Below, piece by piece: positions 1 to 5,497 of a stretch of DNA of 20,000 nt. How positions within the stretch are numbered: position 1 is the first letter of the stretch; every line of letters begins with the position of its first letter. The stretch comes from an uncultured virus (IMG/VR IMGVR_UViG_3300046329_000127). Its lineage: Duplodnaviria > Heunggongvirae > Uroviricota > Caudoviricetes. A model generated the notes under the pieces. It was not told the origin of the DNA and searched no databases. It saw nothing but the letters and a program-made list of their open reading frames with translations. Both the position numbers and the translations under genes were made by a program. Location: the IMG/VR virus record IMGVR_UViG_3300046329_000127; one strand, written 5' to 3'.

Positions 1-384
1 TTTTTTGATCAACGTTGTCATCCTGATGCACAACCAGAAATCAGAGCTTTAGCTGATGCAATGCGTGTGGAATATGATGCAAGCGAACCTAATTTATTGA
101 AAGAAGGGCAATGGCATATACCATTTATTTCGCAAGATATGGGAGAAAGACCCGCTAACTTCCAGGATTTAATCAAAGTTGCAGTCGGATGTTGCGCCCG
201 TGTATCCTATCTCAATCATGATGGAGTTCGCAACATTGCAGATGATATCAAGTTGCACGATCGCCTATTAACCTCACGCCCCGCGCATCTGTCGCCATTT
301 GAACATTGTGCGGTTGCTGCTAAAGGTAAGTTTGCTAATTTTACGGGTTGGCAAAGCTATCGTTGGCAAGTTGAAAACGCTTAA
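1..384 (+). CDS. thyX: FAD-dependent thymidylate synthase (phage-type ThyX), C-terminal part, 5'-truncated by window edge
   Basis: Frame is open from base 1 (FFDQRCHPDAQPEIRALADAM...). Motifs R.HPDAQPEI, WHIPF, CARVSY..HDG and H.SPFEH.A are typical of phage ThyX/Thy1-like proteins. Confidence 0.85.
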   Translation, partial: FFDQRCHPDAQPEIRALADAMRVEYDASEPNLLKEGQWHIPFISQDMGERPANFQDLIKVAVGCCARVSYLNHDGVRNIADDIKLHDRLLTSRPAHLSPFEHCAVAAKGKFANFTGWQSYRWQVENA

Positions 385-386
385 TT

Positions 387-439
387 TTGACACTCTCAGC
401 GCTGAAGCGACTGAGATTTTAGAGTAATTAATTGGTCAA
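387..439 (-). mobile_element. Miniature IS200/IS605-family end remnant (hairpin ending ...GAGTGTCAA on - strand)
   Basis: The - strand reads TTGAC-CAATTAATTACTCTAAAATCTCAGTCGCTTCAGCGCTGAGAGTGTCAA. The TCTCAG/CTGAGA stem plus terminal GAGTGTCAA resembles cyanobacterial IS605 right ends. No tnpA/tnpB is present. Confidence 0.45.
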
Positions 440-464
440 CACGCTTTAAAAGCGTGTTTTTTTT
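438..464 (+). terminator. Rho-independent terminator after thyX
   Basis: AACACGCTTT-A-AAAGCGTGTT inverted repeat running into a T tract. Confidence 0.75.
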
Positions 465-480
465 GTGCGAAAAACAATTT

Positions 481-520
481 TCATTAAATGATTGACAAAT
501 AATTAAATGATTGATATAGT
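481..520 (+). promoter_or_regulatory. Sigma70-type promoter with overlapping 13-bp direct-repeat operator
   Basis: TTGACA (492-497), 17-bp spacer, TATAGT (515-520). ATTAAATGATTGA occurs at 483-495 and 502-514. Confidence 0.75.
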
Positions 521-556
521 AATTACAGGGAACAAATTTTAAATCCACCTCAAAGG

Positions 557-1426
557 GTGGGCAACATCATGATTAACAATAATACAGCGACCAAAAACCC
601 TATGAAGAGAGCCTCTCTCTTCAACTCGGCTTTAACCAACTGGAAAGTATCAGGCGATGGACAGCCCGATACGTGGCGCAGATACCACGATGAGACAGGG
701 GAAGATCCCCTAGTGGTATTTGCTACAATCCCATCAATGGGATTTGCAGAGGCGGTGAGCCTTCCCTTTGATCGTCCCTATAGCGCGATCGGGACTTACC
801 GATTCGCAGGTGACAAAACTTATAACACCACCGAGGCGAGGTGGGATGAAACCTTGCAAGATATCGTCCCGCTACCTTTCGCGGAGTTGAGTCACGCCGA
901 TCAACAAAGATATTCCCTTTGGGCTGTATGGCATGAGAAAGCCATACACAATGGCTATTACTGGCTCCCTTATGGCGGCGGTAATAACCGCCGAGGATTG
1001 AGCCATCGCTCTAACCAGCCCTATACTGTTTGGGCAATGTGGATTCGTCCCGAAAACTGCCCTCAGCTTGATTGCCTCTGGTCTGGCAGTCAAGCGCCAA
1101 AATGGGTAGACGAACCCGAATACGGGAAAGATTGGAACCTTCGCGCCGATGGCGAAGTTCAACAAATCGAGGAGGGGATTAAAGCTTATCCCCGTATTGA
1201 TTTGTTGGCAGATTGGACAACAAAAACCATAATCTGCTCATGGGATTGGCTGTGTCCTGACAGCGACGATCCTATTCAAGGGGTCAAAGTTCATAGGGGA
1301 TACAAAATGTTCCCTTATGACTCATCTGGGTCTGGGAAAGCGCAAAAGCGGATGTGGGATTGTGTCTCCTACTTCCGCAAGCTCAAAGGCAAAGACCTTG
1401 AGTTTGATGGCTCTAAATTCCCTTAA
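557..1426 (+). CDS. Hypothetical Trp-rich protein (start may be ATG 569 or 602)
   Basis: 289-aa ORF directly downstream of a near-consensus promoter; no family recognised. Confidence 0.75.
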   Translation: MGNIMINNNTATKNPMKRASLFNSALTNWKVSGDGQPDTWRRYHDETGEDPLVVFATIPSMGFAEAVSLPFDRPYSAIGTYRFAGDKTYNTTEARWDETLQDIVPLPFAELSHADQQRYSLWAVWHEKAIHNGYYWLPYGGGNNRRGLSHRSNQPYTVWAMWIRPENCPQLDCLWSGSQAPKWVDEPEYGKDWNLRADGEVQQIEEGIKAYPRIDLLADWTTKTIICSWDWLCPDSDDPIQGVKVHRGYKMFPYDSSGSGKAQKRMWDCVSYFRKLKGKDLEFDGSKFP

Positions 1427-1430
1427 AACC

Positions 1431-1496
1431 GCGATCGCTAGGTAAGCCACACGGCAAAGCCTACACCCATGTGCAAGTCTGGGCGATCGCATTCCA
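1431..1496 (+). other. Structured intergenic element with tRNA-like T-arm, closed by two HIP1 sites
   Basis: GCGATCGC (1431-1438) can pair with GCGATCGC (1483-1490). Internal hairpins are TAGG/CCTA and CCA-TG-TGCAAGT-C-TGG, followed by ATTCCA. Confidence 0.4.
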
Positions 1497-1544
1497 CATA
1501 CTTTTTTTTGCTGAGTGTGGCAGCAATCCAATTAGGACAAAAAA

Positions 1545-1877
1545 ATGCTTTATTTAATGAATGCGCTTCCAAACGCGATCCTCATCCCCGAAGCAGGGGA
1601 GGTTCGTCAGATCATCGGACTTTCTAAGTCTGAAGCGATCTCGCTTTGGGTTTCTGCGACTGATCGCACATCGGCGGTTAGCCACGCAAGCACCGCCGAT
1701 GTGCTTTGCAAAAGAGGGCTTGAGTGCGGTTTTAACCGTATTCAAGTCGCACCTACCAATGGCGACACGCTGCTAGTAGCGGCGTTCACTCCTAACCGCC
1801 GTTTAGCAGAGGGTAAGTTTTTCACCGAGGCTGAGATCCTCGAATTTCCAATCAAATTCTGCACAGTGCAGTTTTGA
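1545..1877 (+). CDS. acrIII-1: DUF1874 / STIV B116-like protein = AcrIII-1 family viral ring nuclease (anti-type III CRISPR)
   Basis: 110 aa with MLYLMNA, SAVSH47ASTADVL, NR65IQV...GD, R86LAE89G. This matches the family pattern MLY.LNS...SAIGH..TA.LL...NR..I....GD...RLPEG. Confidence 0.85.
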   Translation: MLYLMNALPNAILIPEAGEVRQIIGLSKSEAISLWVSATDRTSAVSHASTADVLCKRGLECGFNRIQVAPTNGDTLLVAAFTPNRRLAEGKFFTEAEILEFPIKFCTVQF

Positions 1878-1992
1878 TTGAACCCTCTTGACTCCACAGA
1901 GGTGAAAGAAAAGGAGTCGTCTTTGCATCTGCAAAGCGTTCAGGTAAGCAATACAGCTAGACCTGAGTTATCGCGCTTGGAGGCGCAATGTT

Positions 1993-2157
1993 ATGTACTA
2001 TGTGCTAACCAGTAACACAAGCTGGGTAAACGCCCCAGTTTGTGTCTTTGCAGGTGGCTTTGCCACCCATGAGGAGGCTGTTGAACATACAAAGTTCAAT
2101 GGGTATCGCTGCTCAGATCTTCTTTCTGAAGCCGAAGCCGAAGCTTTAGCTAAATGA
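1993..2157 (+). CDS. Small hypothetical protein (54 aa, MYYVLTSNTSWVNAPVCVFAGGFATHEEAVEH...)
   Basis: GGAGG RBS at 1979-1983. The stop overlaps the next start (ATGA, 2154-2157). Not in the ORF track. Confidence 0.6.
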   Translation: MYYVLTSNTSWVNAPVCVFAGGFATHEEAVEHTKFNGYRCSDLLSEAEAEALAK

Positions 2158-2639
2158 GAGGCATCCTTTGGGCAGTACTGCAATCACCCCTTTCAGTACT
2201 GCCCGTTTTTGATTGGGGTAAACCACATCACATAACCTTGTTTTATGATGTGGAAAAAACTCAATATCAGGACTTAATTGATATTGAGTTTGAAGCAACA
2301 GCGATCGCGCATCTTTGTAATAAAGATATTCAAGCGATCGCTTTTTTGATGCCCGACGGTATCCCTCATAAACCTAATCCACATCTCACGATTAGCTATC
2401 GCGAGGGGATAAAACCAGTAAAAAGCAATGAGTTAATGGTCATCAATAGCGATCGCGTGATTACGCTATTCTCCCAAAAACTCAATTTTAAGATTGAGTT
2501 TTTTGAGTTTCCAGAATGCCAACACCACTGGCGCAAAAATGGAACAAAAAACGGCTTGCAAAAATATTCTTGCAAGCTTTGCGGAAAGTCAAAAACTGAA
2601 GGTGATCGCCCTATAGGTCGTCAAGCAAAGCTACAATAA
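2154..2639 (+). CDS. 2H phosphoesterase (two HxT motifs) with C-terminal zinc-ribbon
   Basis: H26-I-T28 and PH77-L-T79-IS...GIKPVKSNEL motifs. The C-terminal CQH..RKNGTKNGLQKYSCKLCG resembles an InsA-like Zn ribbon. Confidence 0.75.
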   Translation: MRGILWAVLQSPLSVLPVFDWGKPHHITLFYDVEKTQYQDLIDIEFEATAIAHLCNKDIQAIAFLMPDGIPHKPNPHLTISYREGIKPVKSNELMVINSDRVITLFSQKLNFKIEFFEFPECQHHWRKNGTKNGLQKYSCKLCGKSKTEGDRPIGRQAKLQ

Positions 2640-2764
2640 GTAAATACACACTTGAATAGGCTCGGAAAGCCTTTCTTGCTGCTGTTTTAACCAAAGTCAA
2701 ATTTTCAAAGCCGCCTTTTTAGTGTCAAAAATTCGCGCTAAAATAAAGAGGAAAGTATAAATCC

Positions 2765-3181
2765 ATGCGTAAAACAATTAATCAAAAACTTCGCAGAGTT
2801 GGCGATCTCCTAGCAAAGATAGATCGCAGATTAGGCTACTTAGTGCCGCGATTCTATTGGCGGCGATCAGGCGTGGATAGTTTGCTACAGCCCTTTGAAT
2901 GGCAAGAGATCCCATCATGGAATGTGAGTAACAATGGTTTTGGTGCGACCGATGGCGGCGATCAGGTATTTATTGGTGAACAGAAAGAGCGATCGTTCTC
3001 CGTGAAGGTAAATAAGGATTGGTTTGAGACGCATCGGGGGAATGAGCTTAGGTATGAATACGGTTTTAGGTTTGCTGATGATGACGAGTTAAAGCCATGT
3101 TCGTTCTTGAATCATTCTGCCAATGACGCTGATACGTTTAGTGTCATCAGTTTTCAGGAAGTTCGTTTGGGTGGGATTTAA
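2765..3181 (+). CDS. Hypothetical protein
   Basis: 138-aa ORF with upstream AAGAGG; no confident family. Confidence 0.65.
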   Translation: MRKTINQKLRRVGDLLAKIDRRLGYLVPRFYWRRSGVDSLLQPFEWQEIPSWNVSNNGFGATDGGDQVFIGEQKERSFSVKVNKDWFETHRGNELRYEYGFRFADDDELKPCSFLNHSANDADTFSVISFQEVRLGGI

Positions 3182-3267
3182 TGTTGAAGCCAAATGTTGA
3201 TTGGGCAAATATTCCCGCGATCGCCGAACCATCTGCACTAGAGCTATTGGCGGCGATCGCGCCTTAG
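3181..3267 (+). CDS. Possible 28-aa peptide (MLKPNVDWANIPAIAEPSALELLAAIAP)
   Basis: TAATG overlap with the upstream stop; ends just before the terminator. Confidence 0.3.
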   Translation: MLKPNVDWANIPAIAEPSALELLAAIAP

Positions 3268-3276
3268 TCCATCGCT

Positions 3277-3310
3277 AAAAGCGCAGCCATTTATTTGGCT
3301 GCGCTTTTTT
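3277..3310 (+). terminator. Intrinsic (bidirectional-type) terminator
   Basis: AAAAGCGCAGCCA-tttatt-TGGCTGCGCTTTT followed by Ts. Confidence 0.85.
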
Positions 3311-3333
3311 ATTGCCATTTTCATTTTTGGTAA

Positions 3334-3363
3334 TTGACAAATGGATATAAGTTCGCTTATACT
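3334..3363 (+). promoter_or_regulatory. Sigma70-type promoter of replication operon
   Basis: TTGACA (3334-3339), 18-bp spacer, TATACT (3358-3363). Confidence 0.65.
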
Positions 3364-3388
3364 TTCTTATATTGAGTTCAATACATTT

Positions 3389-3547
3389 ATGGCACAAGTT
3401 CAATTGATTGTAGAAGTGGATGAAGAGTTCAAGGAAACACTTAAAACTCTTGCCAAGAAAGAGGATCGCACTCTCAAGGCTTTTGTTACTCGCGCTCTCA
3501 AAGATGCTGCGATCGCTAGGGCTGAAGAGATGGAGCGCGTAGCATGA
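3389..3547 (+). CDS. Ribbon-helix-helix (CopG/Arc-like) regulator, 52 aa
   Basis: MAQVQLIVEVDEEFKETLKTLAKKEDRTLKAFVTRAL fits the strand-helix-helix pattern. Start moved to ATG 3389 because ATG 3341 lies inside the promoter. Confidence 0.75.
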   Translation: MAQVQLIVEVDEEFKETLKTLAKKEDRTLKAFVTRALKDAAIARAEEMERVA

Positions 3548-3648
3548 GTGAATACCAACTTGTTCGCTGGGAAATCGAAAAATCTCAAAGCTACAACGCG
3601 AAGCTTCACGCGCAAAATTTAGAGCTTACACAGAGGTTGGGGCTGTGA
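3544..3648 (+). CDS. Small hypothetical protein (34 aa, MSEYQLVRWEIEKSQSYNAKLHAQNLELTQRLGL)
   Basis: ATGA overlap upstream and GTGA overlap downstream, filling the gap exactly. Confidence 0.55.
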   Translation: MSEYQLVRWEIEKSQSYNAKLHAQNLELTQRLGL

Positions 3649-4742
3649 GCAAATTCAAGTCAAGCGATCGCATCCGTAGAGCGAAACATGAAAAGAATTA
3701 CACGGTGATCTTAAACGCAACCATCCAAGATAGCCGCCTATCTTGGAAAGCTAGAGGGTTACACCATTACATTTTAAGCTTGCCTGATGACTGGGACATC
3801 TGCATAGCTCACCTGTCCGAACAGTCCCTAAATGATGGCATCGCGATCGTAAAGTCAGCGCTAAAAGAGCTAGAAACTTTTGGGTATTTATCAAAAGTTA
3901 GACTAAAAGATGAGCGTGGCAGGTTTTTAAAATGCGTTTGGGACATATACGAGACTCCACAAGTCGATTTTCAACTTATGGATAAAACTAGCGCTAATAG
4001 AGCGTCTCAAGAATCACCACAAGTCGATTTTCCACAAGTGGACAAACCACAAGTGGACAAACCACAAGTGGACAAACCACAAGTGGACAAACCACAAGTG
4101 GGAAATCAATCACTAATAAGTAATAAAGAAACAAGTACTGAAGAAGAAAACACAAGAGGGGAAAATGTATATGCGCCGATCGCTGAAATCTTGATCGAAC
4201 CGATTCAACCAGTGCAACAAACTTTAATTGCTGACATGGCAGAAGAAAAAGAGACTCCAATCCCCCCTACCCCCCTTGCCTCTTTACCGCCCGAAAATAG
4301 CGAACTGGCGATCGCTGAAACCGTAAAACCAAAAAGGCGAACAGTAGAGTCAGACGATCTAGAAGCCTATCTTCCTTTCTTGCTTGTTTGGAATCAGACA
4401 GCCCCTAGCCATTGGGATAGATACGAAAGACTAACCGTTGAGATGGTTGATGAATTAAAGAAATTCACTAAAGGAAAGAAAGCGGGAACCCTAGAGATTT
4501 TTGAAGAAGGGTTGTTAGAGGTGGCGAGAGATCCGTTTCTAGGCTCTACGAAGTGTGAGGGTTGGCGGTTCTGCTCTTACTTCACCAACAATAAGCCCAG
4601 AAAATATTCTGGATATTACAGGGAAAAACAAGCCCGATCGCAACAGTTCCAAACCCAAAACAACAGCGATCGCCCCATGACGCAATCCGACATCCGCAAA
4701 GCTGAAACCTACTTGAAATACAAGCAGGCATTAACAGCATGA
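3645..4742 (+). CDS. Phage replication initiator (N-terminal winged-helix), lambda O-like organisation
   Basis: The N-terminus NYTVI.N..IQD.RLSWKARGL..YILSLPDDW...DG...VKSALKELE..GYL is typical of phage replication proteins. Contains internal tandem iterons. Confidence 0.8.
   Translation: MSKFKSSDRIRRAKHEKNYTVILNATIQDSRLSWKARGLHHYILSLPDDWDICIAHLSEQSLNDGIAIVKSALKELETFGYLSKVRLKDERGRFLKCVWDIYETPQVDFQLMDKTSANRASQESPQVDFPQVDKPQVDKPQVDKPQVDKPQVGNQSLISNKETSTEEENTRGENVYAPIAEILIEPIQPVQQTLIADMAEEKETPIPPTPLASLPPENSELAIAETVKPKRRTVESDDLEAYLPFLLVWNQTAPSHWDRYERLTVEMVDELKKFTKGKKAGTLEIFEEGLLEVARDPFLGSTKCEGWRFCSYFTNNKPRKYSGYYREKQARSQQFQTQNNSDRPMTQSDIRKAETYLKYKQALTA
4017..4106 (+). repeat. 15-bp tandem repeats (iterons), probable replication origin
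   Basis: CCACAAGTGGACAAA x4 perfect (4032-4091), with variants at 4017-4031 and 4092-4106 and an isolated variant at 3957-3971. An A-rich tract follows. Confidence 0.85.
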
Positions 4743-5497
4743 TTAATCAAGACGTTTACCTAGAGGTGATTACGGAGCTATCAGAGCATTTCAAAAAAGA
4801 GTTGTCTCCCATGTTTGTAAAAGCTCTTTACAAAAAACTCTCAGAGCAACTTGATACCGATGAGTTCTTGGATGCAACCGAAAAAGCAATCACTGGCAGA
4901 TTTTTCCCTGATGCCGATCAACTAATCGACTCAGTACTTGGCACAGTCGAAGAACGCGCCGAACGTGAATGGCAAGACATAGACACAGCCTTCTCAGTAG
5001 TGGGCTTAAAAGCACTGAACGCGATCGGCGGATGGTGGTACATCAAGCACCAATGCACACAACCCGCGATCGCCCGTAAGGACTTCATTGAGTCATACAC
5101 CCGTCATGCCAAGGGTGCGAGTCGTGAGGAATTTGAATTACCTGATATTGGATGGTATTTAGAACCCGCCAAGGACGATCGCAAATGGAGCTATCTACCA
5201 GTTGGGACTAAGCGAAACAAGCAAACGCAACAAGTTGAGACCAGATGGGACAAGGTTTATCTTGATGAGGCTTTCGCGCCTGACGAGATCGAACAAGTGG
5301 ACAGCAACGTATGGATATTTGAATATCTTGACAGGTATGCAAGAAGGCATTTGAGGTTAGCGGATGGCATTCATACCAGAGCTAATACCGATGTCCCTTA
5401 TGTTTGGAATCACTATGCCCATCCAAGTATTGAGTGGCTTGATAGCCGCGCAAGGCTGTATCTCAAGAATTTAGAGGGAACCGATAATGAGTTTTGA
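4739..5497 (+). CDS. Putative helicase loader/replication accessory protein (DUF6475-like)
   Basis: Lies between initiator and helicase. Motifs FFP...L, AE.EW, AL.AIGGW and RKDFI..Y are typical of phage loader-like proteins. Confidence 0.55.
   Translation: MINQDVYLEVITELSEHFKKELSPMFVKALYKKLSEQLDTDEFLDATEKAITGRFFPDADQLIDSVLGTVEERAEREWQDIDTAFSVVGLKALNAIGGWWYIKHQCTQPAIARKDFIESYTRHAKGASREEFELPDIGWYLEPAKDDRKWSYLPVGTKRNKQTQQVETRWDKVYLDEAFAPDEIEQVDSNVWIFEYLDRYARRHLRLADGIHTRANTDVPYVWNHYAHPSIEWLDSRARLYLKNLEGTDNEF

Noticed and set aside
1431..1496. Bona fide tRNA gene
   Set aside because: No D-arm/anticodon arm geometry and the T-loop is TGC rather than TTC; kept only as a tRNA-like element.
2500..2639. 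IS1 insA remnant
   Set aside because: No insB or terminal inverted repeats, and the ribbon is fused in frame to the 2H domain.
2765..3181. SET-domain-like words (GNELRYEYG, FLNHS)
   Set aside because: They occur in reverse order relative to SET domains and other motifs are lacking; probably coincidental.
3341..3388. ORF-track N-terminal extension of the RHH gene
   Set aside because: Overlaps the -35/-10 promoter; ATG 3389 gives a canonical RHH length.
4017..4106. Tandem repeats as a CRISPR array
   Set aside because: 15-bp units with no spacers, in frame within the initiator gene; they fit iterons.
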